Part shown: one piece after another, positions 46,370-55,246 of the stretch | Numbering within the stretch: the first letter of the stretch is position 1 | How the letters are laid out: each line of letters begins with the position of its first letter | Virus record (IMG/VR): IMGVR_UViG_3300009158_000031 | Span: 186,001 to 250,000 of that record | Strand: one strand, 5' to 3' | DNA: 64,000 nucleotides | Notes under the pieces: model-generated | The model's input: the letters and a program-made list of their open reading frames with translations, nothing else | Told to the model about the DNA's origin: nothing | The model's database searches: none | Program-made: the position numbers and the translations under genes

Positions 46370-46834
46370 ATGGCAAAGACTAAAAAACAAATCGTTGAGC
46401 TTACTCCGGTTGAACGAGTATTCGCTGCATTCATGGAAGATTTCAATGATACTGAATTACAAGAAAGACTAGATGGATTTGAAAGAACTCTTAAATCTCT
46501 AAAGGCTCGTTACAATGAATTAGTTCCTAATTTGAATGATGCTTTGAGAGATCAAACAATTTTAAACAAAATGATTTTGGATTCGGCTAAAATGAGTTTC
46601 ATTAATAACGATGCTTTCAAGAGACTTAAGATTGTGGATTCATATCTAGACGAGAACATGGAACTTGCCAATGATCTTAAAAGTAAAATACAATCCGAAG
46701 AAGATCTTATCCGAAAATATAAAGAGAATTCACATGATCGTCTTTTTCGATGGTGGCAATCTATTAAAGCCGTAGAACCTAACACTATCCCTTGGTTAGA
46801 ATGGAAAATCATGTATGATTCCAAGATAATTTAA
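46370..46834 (+). CDS. Coiled-coil hypothetical protein
   Basis: Heptad-rich ORF after CATATAAT. Confidence 0.6.
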   Translation: MAKTKKQIVELTPVERVFAAFMEDFNDTELQERLDGFERTLKSLKARYNELVPNLNDALRDQTILNKMILDSAKMSFINNDAFKRLKIVDSYLDENMELANDLKSKIQSEEDLIRKYKENSHDRLFRWWQSIKAVEPNTIPWLEWKIMYDSKII

Positions 46835-46837
46835 AAA

Positions 46838-46898
46838 TGTTAATAACTTTCCATCAATAAATTTTTTTATTCCACTTATTTGTTTTATATTTGTATAT
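46838..46898 (+). promoter_or_regulatory. Early-type promoter with DnaA-box-like element
   Basis: TGTTAATAACTTT...TTTTTTATTCCAC...TTATATTTGTATAT. Confidence 0.75.
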
Positions 46899-46917
46899 AC
46901 AATTTAAAACAATATAT

Positions 46918-47178
46918 ATGCGAACACATGCTTCAACAACTTACTTCGAAACGCAATCATCCGCTTTAAACGAAGCATTTCAACACGTTCAATCTCGAGG
47001 TTATTTGGTAAACGAACCCGATAATCTATGGACTGAACATGTTTCATACGGAACAACCGTTCACTATAATCTTCCTCTTATTCTCGAACGAACAGGTAAT
47101 CCTGCTCGTAAATGGTTGCATGTAAATCTTCATCGTATGGATTCAGGAAGATATGAATTAAACTACTACTTAAATTAA
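46918..47178 (+). CDS. Hypothetical early protein
   Basis: Start moved to ATG 46918; RMDSGRYELNYY motif. Confidence 0.6.
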   Translation: MRTHASTTYFETQSSALNEAFQHVQSRGYLVNEPDNLWTEHVSYGTTVHYNLPLILERTGNPARKWLHVNLHRMDSGRYELNYYLN

Positions 47179-47184
47179 TAAATC

Positions 47185-47412
47185 ATGATAAGAAAAAAAG
47201 AAGAACAAACCGGACCTATCGTTATCGATCTTACTGGTCCTGATGGTAATGCATTCGCCATAATCTCATATGCAAATCGTTTCGCAAAACAAATGGAAAT
47301 GCAACCAAACGATCGAGCACAAATGAATACCGATCTTATGTCTGGAGATTATGAACATCTCCTTCAAGTATTCGATAAGCACTTTGGTGAATTCGTTATT
47401 CTTGAACGATAA
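47185..47412 (+). CDS. Conserved phage hypothetical protein
   Basis: IDLTGPDGNAF...MSGDYEHLL motif. Confidence 0.7.
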   Translation: MIRKKEEQTGPIVIDLTGPDGNAFAIISYANRFAKQMEMQPNDRAQMNTDLMSGDYEHLLQVFDKHFGEFVILER

Positions 47413-47417
47413 AAAAA

Positions 47418-47479
47418 TGTTAATAACTTTTTGTCAAAATATTTTTTTATTCCACAAATTTGTTTTATATTTGTTATAT
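47418..47479 (+). promoter_or_regulatory. Early-type promoter with DnaA-box-like element
   Basis: TGTTAATAACTTT...TTTTTTATTCCAC...TTATATTTGTTATAT. Confidence 0.75.
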
Positions 47480-47503
47480 CAAATTAATTAAAAAATCATA
47501 TAC

Positions 47504-48598
47504 ATGGAAGCAATCCAATTAACAAATGCTCAAATCCTCAAAGCTGAAAAACGTCATGAACGTTCGAGATTTGCAGATAAGTATCAGCTAAAAAACCCAT
47601 ACAATGGAACTGAATATTTGTTCCGTGGAATATGGCGTTCAAATCGAGAATTTATTATTTCTCGAGGAACAGAAACTTATTTGGTACCATTTGATAATGT
47701 GAATCCAAATCCAACAAACGCAAAAATCGAATCTGCTGAGAATCGCAAAATCGAATTGGTACTTATTGATGATCTACATTATGATGATCGTATCTTTCAA
47801 CCAATGCGAACCGGAACCCCAATCGATTACATGTTTTCAAACGATGGTGGAATTTATCCGGCTACAAATTACATGGTTATCGGTGATCCTGGCATTGGGA
47901 AATCTACACAAACACTTGATCTCCTTGCAAAAATCAAAAAGAACGAACCTCATCGAAAAATACTTTTCATCTCTGGCGAAATGAATCAAATCGATATGTA
48001 TGGTTATGTTAAACGTTATCCATCATTCGGTAAAATACCTACTCTCTTCCTTTGTGATTATCTAGACGAGGATCCTAAAGAAATCATCGAACAAACATTT
48101 AATCAAGGTTGGGATATCATCCTTATCGATTCATTTATCGAAGTTCAAGAATCCGTTCAAGCTTCTTCAAATATGACAAGAACTGCAGCAGAAAAATGGT
48201 TAATCGATATGATGGTCACTCAAAATAAAGGAAACAATGAAGCAAATCTATTTACATCCGTACTTGCAATTCAACAAGTAACTAAGGGTGGTAATTTCGT
48301 TGGTTCCAATAAATTAAAACATAATACAACCGGTATGATCGAATTAAGATACTCATCCGAATTTACCGGTGATCGTTATGCTAAGGTAACTAAAAATCGT
48401 CGAGGTTTCAAATACGAAAAAATATACTTCTCTCTTGATAATCCACTCGAAGTAGAATACGATCAAAAACGACTTGAACGAGATGAAGAAATTCGTAAAC
48501 GTTTACAACGTGAAAAAGAAACTCTTCTTTCCGAGGAAGAGAAATTCAATAAGATTTTCGGTATCATACAACCGGAATTAACCGAAACAGAAAATTAA
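47504..48598 (+). CDS. RadA/Sms-like RecA-family ATPase
   Basis: GDPGIGKST Walker A, FISGE, ILIDS Walker B, VTKGG.F.G...LKH, KNR. Confidence 0.8.
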   Translation: MEAIQLTNAQILKAEKRHERSRFADKYQLKNPYNGTEYLFRGIWRSNREFIISRGTETYLVPFDNVNPNPTNAKIESAENRKIELVLIDDLHYDDRIFQPMRTGTPIDYMFSNDGGIYPATNYMVIGDPGIGKSTQTLDLLAKIKKNEPHRKILFISGEMNQIDMYGYVKRYPSFGKIPTLFLCDYLDEDPKEIIEQTFNQGWDIILIDSFIEVQESVQASSNMTRTAAEKWLIDMMVTQNKGNNEANLFTSVLAIQQVTKGGNFVGSNKLKHNTTGMIELRYSSEFTGDRYAKVTKNRRGFKYEKIYFSLDNPLEVEYDQKRLERDEEIRKRLQREKETLLSEEEKFNKIFGIIQPELTETEN

Positions 48599-48638
48599 TC
48601 AATAATCCATAAACAAACAAAATCAAAAATAAATAATT

Positions 48639-49151
48639 ATGCAAGCTACAAAAGCAACACCAGTAAGAAAAGATCGCGATCTAATGCGTCAAAAATCTAA
48701 TGCCAGTCCTGTTCTCCTTAAACATTGGGAAGCTAATTACACACATTTTCATCGTAATGTAATTAATCCATCATTGTTAAAACAGGAAGATCTTGGCCTT
48801 GAATTTAAACATAAAGAAAGAACTTTTAAAATTATCGGAATGACTTCTATTTGGACAATGATCGTCGAAGAGATTCGCGAACCAGGAATGAAACCGGTGT
48901 ATTGGGAATGTTCTCGACATTTTGTTCAATTCGCATTAGGCCGTAAAATTCAAGAGTACTTCAAAATTAAAGGAAAGATACATGAACGTCCTAGAGATTA
49001 TGATGCAGTGCAATTATATCTTCCACCAATTTCCGTTCTTAGAAAATTGAAAATTGATAAGGATGAAGATGAAATTCAAGAAACTAAACCTAAATTCGAG
49101 ATCTTTCAAGAAGACAACACAAAGGACGATTACAATAACGAATACGAATAA
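48639..49151 (+). CDS. Hypothetical protein with acidic tail
   Basis: ORF in operon. Confidence 0.6.
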   Translation: MQATKATPVRKDRDLMRQKSNASPVLLKHWEANYTHFHRNVINPSLLKQEDLGLEFKHKERTFKIIGMTSIWTMIVEEIREPGMKPVYWECSRHFVQFALGRKIQEYFKIKGKIHERPRDYDAVQLYLPPISVLRKLKIDKDEDEIQETKPKFEIFQEDNTKDDYNNEYE

Positions 49152-49152
49152 T

Positions 49153-49794
49153 ATGAAATATCTATCAATCGACATAGAAACATCTGGCTTAGATCCGGAA
49201 AACAATCAGATACTTTCAATCGGAGCAATCATTGAAGATACGGAAAACCGGCTACCATTCGATGAGATTCCTAAATTTCATGTATGCATATTGACTGATC
49301 AATTAACCGGATCTCCATTTGCACTCGACATGAATCGTGAACTCATCGAATCAATGGTTCATTATCAAACTGCCGAGGATCAAGATGAAAAGAATGATTT
49401 AGTAAACATGACTGGCATGCAATTCTTACAACGAGATAATGTGGTTGAATCTTTCTACGATTTCTTATTTCGTAATGGAGTCGTGGAAAATGTTGATTTT
49501 CCTATTAATCCAGGATTAAGTTCTAAAATGAAACCGGTAACAATCAATGTAGCCGGTAAGAATTTCGGTACATTCGACAAGTTATTTCTTGAACGTTTAC
49601 CTCGTTGGAAACAAGCAATCCGAATCCGTCAACGAATTATCGATCCATCAATACTTTTCATTGATTGGAAAGCCGATAATGCAATGCCTTCATTAAACAC
49701 CTGCAAAGTTCGAGCAAAAATTGGTGGTATCGTAACTCATAATGCTATCGAAGATGCATGGGATGTAATTCAATTATTAAGAACTCAATATTAA
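49153..49794 (+). CDS. DnaQ-like 3'-5' exonuclease
   Basis: SIDIETSGL, N..FD, HNAIEDA (DEDDh); start at 49153. Confidence 0.85.
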   Translation: MKYLSIDIETSGLDPENNQILSIGAIIEDTENRLPFDEIPKFHVCILTDQLTGSPFALDMNRELIESMVHYQTAEDQDEKNDLVNMTGMQFLQRDNVVESFYDFLFRNGVVENVDFPINPGLSSKMKPVTINVAGKNFGTFDKLFLERLPRWKQAIRIRQRIIDPSILFIDWKADNAMPSLNTCKVRAKIGGIVTHNAIEDAWDVIQLLRTQY

Positions 49795-49816
49795 TTAAAC
49801 CTTAAATAAAATCAAA

Positions 49817-50158
49817 ATGGAAATCTACACTGAAAAAAACGAAAAAACTGCATTTAAAAATCTATTGGAGCCAACTCGTAAATTCTTCCTACAATTAGGA
49901 AATTACCTACTAATCATCATTGCAATTACTGCCGGTTTTTTTATTGGAAAGTATTATGATGAAGTGTTCTCTAAGGATAAACCTGATGCACAAAAGTTAA
50001 TCATTACTCAATCAAAAAATGTATCCGTTGCAATCTCACAAAACAGCGAATTGATTATTCTTGATCGTAACACCGGAAGCATCGCAATGTTCTCGGATAC
50101 GGTAGGAATAAATATATTCAAGTTATATGCGAATCAAATCGCTGGTTCTATAAAGTAA
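49817..50158 (+). CDS. Membrane-anchored protein
   Basis: Single TM; upstream of SLT gene. Confidence 0.6.
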   Translation: MEIYTEKNEKTAFKNLLEPTRKFFLQLGNYLLIIIAITAGFFIGKYYDEVFSKDKPDAQKLIITQSKNVSVAISQNSELIILDRNTGSIAMFSDTVGINIFKLYANQIAGSIK

Positions 50159-50192
50159 ATTAATTCATAAAATCTAAAAAAACGTAAGTAAT

Positions 50193-50729
50193 ATGAAGAA
50201 GCTAAAATTTTTAACCGTTATTGTACTAGGTCTTATCGTTGGCCTAATCCATTTAAGAATGGAAAGTAAAATGTACCCAAAAAACGAAAGCCTATCTCTA
50301 CTTGATTCTGCTAAATCTCTAGGAATTCCACGGAATGCGGATTGCATTCAAATGTTTGAATCTATCGAGAAATGGTCAGAATTCTATAAGATACCTAAAA
50401 GTTACGCTTATGGAATTGCTTACGAAGAAACTAGATACGAAGGACCCTTTCATTGGAACTATCAATCGGAAAGAATTAGTCCAGTAGGTGCAGTTGGTCC
50501 TATGCAAATTATGATTGCAACTGGAAAATCTATGGATCCATCTGCAAATCGCAAAAGACTTCTAACTGATATTGATTTCAATGTTAGATTATCAATGAAA
50601 TTACTTCGCCATTTACATGATCGTTATGGTGATTGGCACAAGGTATTCGGTTGCTACAATACCGGTAGACCTATGGTAAATCAATATTCAAAAAATGTAG
50701 CATCACACAAAATAGATTGGTCATTATGA
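50193..50729 (+). CDS. Lytic transglycosylase (SLT domain)
   Basis: EET, SPVGAVGPMQIM, N......LL, YNTG; N-terminal TM. Confidence 0.85.
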   Translation: MKKLKFLTVIVLGLIVGLIHLRMESKMYPKNESLSLLDSAKSLGIPRNADCIQMFESIEKWSEFYKIPKSYAYGIAYEETRYEGPFHWNYQSERISPVGAVGPMQIMIATGKSMDPSANRKRLLTDIDFNVRLSMKLLRHLHDRYGDWHKVFGCYNTGRPMVNQYSKNVASHKIDWSL

Positions 50730-50953
50730 AAATTAAAATGTTAAGAATAACAGTCGATCAAGCATCAACAATGGCTTGGTTGCATTCATTCATTAAAGAA
50801 TCTACCCAAAACAAAGTAGATACTAGAAATGATTACTTAGAGATATACTCTGAGAAGGAATTAGAAATCATAGTTCATACTACTGAAAAGATTGATTTAG
50901 CTTTATGGCGAAAAAACCTTAATATAGTAATTAAAGAGATACCTTCTGCATAA
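50717..50953 (+). CDS. Hypothetical protein
   Basis: ORF in operon. Confidence 0.5.
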   Translation: MVIMKIKMLRITVDQASTMAWLHSFIKESTQNKVDTRNDYLEIYSEKELEIIVHTTEKIDLALWRKNLNIVIKEIPSA

Positions 50954-50967
50954 CAAAGATAGCCGCC

Positions 50968-51040
50968 TGTTGATGTGTATATTACCTTATTAGGAATCTA
51001 TTATATGTGATATGCACATCAACACTGGTCTTCTTTTTTT
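50968..51040 (+). terminator. Long hairpin with downstream U-tract
   Basis: TGTTGATGTGTATATTAC / GTGATATGCACATCAACA 18-bp stem with two G-U pairs, then T-run. Confidence 0.6.
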
Positions 51041-51063
51041 AATTCATCTTACATATAATAAAT

Positions 51064-51828
51064 ATGAAAACATTAACGATAGGGGATATTCATGGTAGAC
51101 GAGATTGGAAGAAATTCTTATTCGGAAGCAATGATTTATACCGAGAATGGCGAAGAGCCGCAGATATTGGTAAAGTAGATATTGTAAAGAATTTACTTCC
51201 TTTATATGATTATGATAAAGTTATCTTTGTCGGTGATTATGTAGATTCTTTCACGATAGAAAATATTGATATGAAGGAAAATCTACAGGATATCATTAAC
51301 CTAGCTAGATTTGAAAGAGATCGAGTTGTTCTTCTTTTAGGAAATCATGATGTTCAATATTTCATACCTAAGGTTTCTGGATGTTCCGGATTTAGACCGG
51401 AAATGATGTGGGATTTTCAAGAGTTATTTCAAAGAGATCGAGACCTATTTCATTTAGCATTTCAATACAAAGATTGGTTATGGACGCATGCCGCAATTAA
51501 CGAAAGATTCTATTCAGATCATATGGAAAACCGACCTCGTCATGGAACAGACGATTGGGCTCAAGTACTCAATGATATGATGATGAGAGAAGAGCCTCAA
51601 GTATTTCAAGTGTCTTTATATCGAGGAGGTGCATCTCTTTATAGCGGTCCTTTATGGACTGATCGAAAAGAATTAGAAAAGGAACCTATGCCTGGAATCA
51701 ATCAGATTGTTGGTCATACTCCAGTAGATGATATTATTGAGATTGAAACTCCTAATGCAAACCTAGTATTTGTTGATACTCTAGAAAGAGGATCTAATCG
51801 ACCATTCGAGAAAGTTTTTGATTATTAA
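51064..51828 (+). CDS. Calcineurin-like metallophosphoesterase
   Basis: GDIHG, GDYVD, GNHD, THA, VGHT. Confidence 0.9.
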   Translation: MKTLTIGDIHGRRDWKKFLFGSNDLYREWRRAADIGKVDIVKNLLPLYDYDKVIFVGDYVDSFTIENIDMKENLQDIINLARFERDRVVLLLGNHDVQYFIPKVSGCSGFRPEMMWDFQELFQRDRDLFHLAFQYKDWLWTHAAINERFYSDHMENRPRHGTDDWAQVLNDMMMREEPQVFQVSLYRGGASLYSGPLWTDRKELEKEPMPGINQIVGHTPVDDIIEIETPNANLVFVDTLERGSNRPFEKVFDY

Positions 51829-52662
51829 ATGGATAGAATTAAAGTTTGGGCATATTGTTTAGCTTGGAATGAGGAGAAGATGCTCACTTATTATTTGAGA
51901 CATTACACCACTTTCTGTGAGCGAGTAATTGTATATGATAATGAATCAACCGATAATTCTAGAGAAATTTGTTCACGATTCCCTAATGTAGAATTCCGAA
52001 CATTTAGCACAAATAATACATTCGACGATTTTGCACACATTGAAATTAAAACTCGATGTGTGCATGAAGCTCGTAATAAAGCAGATTTTGTTATTGTCAC
52101 GGATTGCGATGAATTCGTCTATCATGAAAATATATTGGAATTCTTAAATGCAGCTAAAGGGAAATATTCGGTACTCTATCCTGCAGGTTTCGATATGGTA
52201 TCTGATAAATTTCCTACAACTACTGGATCTATATTCGATGAGGTTAAATCTGGAGTTCCTAATCCCTGGTATTCAAAACCTGTTATACTAGATCCTAATT
52301 CAGTTTTCGAATTTTCTTGGGTTGAAGGCTGTCATGAATTAGTTAATGATACTCTAATATCATTTGGTGATATTCATCATGTCGTTGAAGAACATGAGAT
52401 ACCTACAGAAAAACCTTACCGAGGACATATGTGGCCTAGATATAAAAAACAATTTGAGATTCTCGATCGATTCTTTGACCATCCTCTTAAATTACTACAT
52501 TGCAAATTCTTAGGTATTGATTATGTTGCTGAAAGGCACGAGGCATATTCTGCTAGATTGAGTGACGTGAATATTAAGTCAGAGTTAGCAAATCATTATT
52601 CAGATGATCTTCAAAATAAATTTAATGAGTTGAATTCTCAAGTTAAGTCTATTTTAAATTAG
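51829..52662 (+). CDS. Glycosyltransferase family 2-like
   Basis: WNEE, YDNESTD, DCDEF. Confidence 0.8.
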   Translation: MDRIKVWAYCLAWNEEKMLTYYLRHYTTFCERVIVYDNESTDNSREICSRFPNVEFRTFSTNNTFDDFAHIEIKTRCVHEARNKADFVIVTDCDEFVYHENILEFLNAAKGKYSVLYPAGFDMVSDKFPTTTGSIFDEVKSGVPNPWYSKPVILDPNSVFEFSWVEGCHELVNDTLISFGDIHHVVEEHEIPTEKPYRGHMWPRYKKQFEILDRFFDHPLKLLHCKFLGIDYVAERHEAYSARLSDVNIKSELANHYSDDLQNKFNELNSQVKSILN

Positions 52663-52680
52663 ATCTCGGTAATAATTAAA

Positions 52681-52741
52681 TGTTAATAACTTTTTTCAAA
52701 AAGATTTTTTTATTCCGCAAAGATTTATTATATTTGTATAT
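52681..52741 (+). promoter_or_regulatory. Early-type promoter with DnaA-box-like element
   Basis: TGTTAATAACTTT...TTTTTTATTCC...TATTATATTTGTATAT. Confidence 0.75.
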
Positions 52742-52760
52742 ACCATTTAATAATAAACAT

Positions 52761-53012
52761 ATGAAAATCAAAAACCAAACCAAAACCGTAATCAAATCTG
52801 AAATTTTATCAATCGCCGAAGAAATGTCTGCTAATGATTTTATCAACGAATTTAGTAGTCTATTAACATTTGAAGATATTGATAATTTACTCGATGTAAA
52901 TGAAGGATTTACTAATGTTTCTATCGAAGTAAAAGATGGTAAAAAATATTTAAAAAATGAAACCATCTTCATCTTATTTTGCGATGGTAAATTCGATTCA
53001 TACTCAAATTAA
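52761..53012 (+). CDS. Hypothetical early protein
   Basis: Start moved to ATG 52761, downstream of promoter. Confidence 0.6.
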   Translation: MKIKNQTKTVIKSEILSIAEEMSANDFINEFSSLLTFEDIDNLLDVNEGFTNVSIEVKDGKKYLKNETIFILFCDGKFDSYSN

Positions 53013-53117
53013 TAATCTAAACTCGAAAAAAATGAAAAAGTTAAAACAAAACTGGCCAATAGTAGCTATACTAATTTGGTTTACTTTAATTGGCATAATT
53101 GCAGTTAAATTAGGATA

Positions 53118-54221
53118 ATGGAATTAACAAAAGAAATACTAATCCAATACGAAGAAGAAGGATGGATTCGTTCACAATCGCATCCTACTCTCCCATTGAG
53201 AATTCTTAACTATACTCAGAAAACTCAGTATGAATCTCATTGGGATGAAGTAACTCTCAGTTGTCGAGGACTTATCATCGATTCAGAATATAAGGTAATC
53301 GTTCAGCCATTCGGTAAATTCTTCAATTATGAAGAGGTCGAAAACAAAGGAGAAATTCCTTTGTCTGGTGATTATGTCTATGTCCAAGATAAAATGGATG
53401 GTTCTCTTGGTATTTTATTTTGGTATGAATCCGAATGGATAATGGCTACTCGAGGATCTTTCACTTCAGATCAAGCAATCCGAGGATTAGAAATTGCAAA
53501 TCGTCTATTTAATTTAGAGGCTTGGGAAAAATCCATTGCTTATGCATGTGAAATCATTTATCCGGAAAATCGAATTGTAGTTGATTATGGAATTGATGAG
53601 AAACTCATTTTTCTTAGTGCCTTTTATAACCGTGCATTTTATAATAACAATACAAAAGATTCAGAATTACATTGGACTACTGCAAAAGCATTCTTCAATG
53701 TAAATGGAATTCCTTACAAGTACATCGTTCACACCGAACAGCATTTCGTATTTGGAACTTCTCTTTATAAAGCACTAAAGGAAATGAATCAACGAAATTC
53801 TGAAGGTTTCATTCTTCGATTCCATCCTTCTAATTATCGAATGAAAATCAAATTTGAAGATTATGTTAGACTTCATCGAATAATCACCAGCATCTCATCA
53901 TATGACGTTTGGGAAAACCTAATGAATACTGGTGAAATGTCTGAAAAGGTTTTAGTCGAAGTTCCTGATGAATTTTATTCATGGGTTCGTAAAACAGAAG
54001 AGGATATTCGTTTAGCATATTCCAAATTAGAAACCGAGTATCTAGATCATTTTGATTCCATCAAACGTTTAGGAACTCGAAAGCTATTTGCTCAATCCGC
54101 CAGAAACTTTAGTTATCCTGGAATTTTGTTCAATATGCTAGATGGTCAAGATTATTCAAAAGGAATTTGGTTAATAATCAAACCTAAATATGAGAAGCCT
54201 TTTAGTAATAATGAATCTTGA
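53118..54221 (+). CDS. T4 Rnl1-like RNA ligase
   Basis: CRGLI, KFFN, KMDGSLG, ATRGSF, EIIYPENRIVVDY, EGFIL, KIKFEDY. Confidence 0.9.
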   Translation: MELTKEILIQYEEEGWIRSQSHPTLPLRILNYTQKTQYESHWDEVTLSCRGLIIDSEYKVIVQPFGKFFNYEEVENKGEIPLSGDYVYVQDKMDGSLGILFWYESEWIMATRGSFTSDQAIRGLEIANRLFNLEAWEKSIAYACEIIYPENRIVVDYGIDEKLIFLSAFYNRAFYNNNTKDSELHWTTAKAFFNVNGIPYKYIVHTEQHFVFGTSLYKALKEMNQRNSEGFILRFHPSNYRMKIKFEDYVRLHRIITSISSYDVWENLMNTGEMSEKVLVEVPDEFYSWVRKTEEDIRLAYSKLETEYLDHFDSIKRLGTRKLFAQSARNFSYPGILFNMLDGQDYSKGIWLIIKPKYEKPFSNNES

Positions 54222-54260
54222 TAAATGAACATCATATAATATTAAACTAATTAACACAAA

Positions 54261-54476
54261 ATGGAAAAACGATACGATAGAGTAATAATCGAATTTCAGA
54301 AAGATGATAAATGCGTAATATCTGCTGCATTATCTGATGCCGATTTAGATTTGCTGCAAAATATGCATGGTCAAGAAAAACATGTTGTTGTTGCAATGAT
54401 ATTTCAAGAGATGGAAGAATCTTTAAAAGAAATGGATCAAAAAAATAGTGTCTCGGTACGCTCTGACGAAAGTTAA
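54261..54476 (+). CDS. Hypothetical protein
   Basis: ORF after CATATAAT. Confidence 0.5.
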   Translation: MEKRYDRVIIEFQKDDKCVISAALSDADLDLLQNMHGQEKHVVVAMIFQEMEESLKEMDQKNSVSVRSDES

Positions 54477-54521
54477 CGATGAGGTCTCAGTAGGCAGAAG
54501 GCCTCTGATCCTACTCAACAT

Positions 54522-54601
54522 GCCCTTATGGTGGAATTGGTAGACATGCCAGACTTAGGATCTGGTGCTTAGGCGTGTAGGTTCGAGTCCTACTAAGGGT
54601 A
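54522..54601 (+). tRNA. tRNA-Leu(TAG), CCA not encoded
   Basis: Acceptor GCCCTTA/TAAGGGT, anticodon arm CCAGA-CTTAGGA-TCTGG, T arm GTAGG-TTCGAGT-CCTAC. Confidence 0.95.
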
Positions 54602-54618
54602 CTTAAAATAACTATATT

Positions 54619-54933
54619 ATGAAAAACCAATTAATGATTGCCGGACTTATACTAACTCTAGGGAGTTGTTCAGTCGATAAAGAAATTATCAGCAAAGCTG
54701 AATTTGTAAAATGGTCAACAAAAAATGATACCATCTTTTATAACATTAATCCAGTTGCTTATTATGACCATTCAGAATATGAGTTAAATCCAGGTCACGG
54801 TAAGTATGCTAAACCAATTCAGGAATTATCCATAACGCAATTGCGTTTTGATGTTAAGACCGATGAACTAATTAAATATATACATACAATACATCTTAGA
54901 CAAAAGGTAGAAATTGTAGTACCTCGTCATTAA
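54619..54933 (+). CDS. Lipoprotein
   Basis: Lipobox LGSC. Confidence 0.65.
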   Translation: MKNQLMIAGLILTLGSCSVDKEIISKAEFVKWSTKNDTIFYNINPVAYYDHSEYELNPGHGKYAKPIQELSITQLRFDVKTDELIKYIHTIHLRQKVEIVVPRH

Positions 54934-54941
54934 AAATATAT

Positions 54942-55013
54942 TGCGGGATAGAGCAGTGGTAGCTCGGCGGGCTCATAACCCGTAGGTCGCAGGTTCGAAT
55001 CCTGCTCCCGCTA
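54942..55013 (+). tRNA. Initiator tRNA-fMet(CAT), CCA not encoded
   Basis: TGCGGGA/TCCCGCT acceptor with 1:72 mismatch, GGG-CTCATAA-CCC anticodon arm, GCAGG-TTCGAAT-CCTGC T arm. Confidence 0.95.
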
Positions 55014-55015
55014 CT

Positions 55016-55090
55016 AAAGATGTAGCTCAGTGACATTAATGAGAGCAATCCGTGAGGACGTGACGGTAGGTTGGATTCCTCCCATCTTTT
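55016..55090 (+). ncRNA. tRNA-like RNA lacking an anticodon loop
   Basis: AAAGATG/CATCTTT acceptor, TA, GCTC/GAGC D stem, TCC-GTGA-GGA mini arm, T-like arm with TTGGATT loop. Confidence 0.6.
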
Positions 55091-55096
55091 ATTTTG

Positions 55097-55241
55097 GCTA
55101 CCTTAATATGTCCCTGGCCAGGAATCGTAAACCCGAGATGCCTATCGCCCGAAGCACACTAGCTCGTTTGGATCGTAAGCCAACAAAGTTTTTGCCGAGT
55201 TTCCTTAAGGGTAGTATCATCTAAATAAACTCGGCTTTTTT
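55097..55241 (+). ncRNA. Putative attenuator/riboswitch-like structured leader ending in a terminator
   Basis: GCCGAGTTT/AAACTCGGC + T6; competing pairings GCTACCTTAA/TTAAGGGTAGT and AGCTCG/CGAGTT. Confidence 0.45.
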
Positions 55242-55246
55242 GAATT

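Noticed and set aside
54461-54480. Hammerhead ribozyme core (CTGACGA...GAAA)
   Set aside because: GAAA overlaps the CTGACGA with no stem II between them; topology does not fit
55030-55224. 64-aa ORF in the track
   Set aside because: Overlaps the tRNA-like and leader RNA structures and has no ATG start; better explained as non-coding
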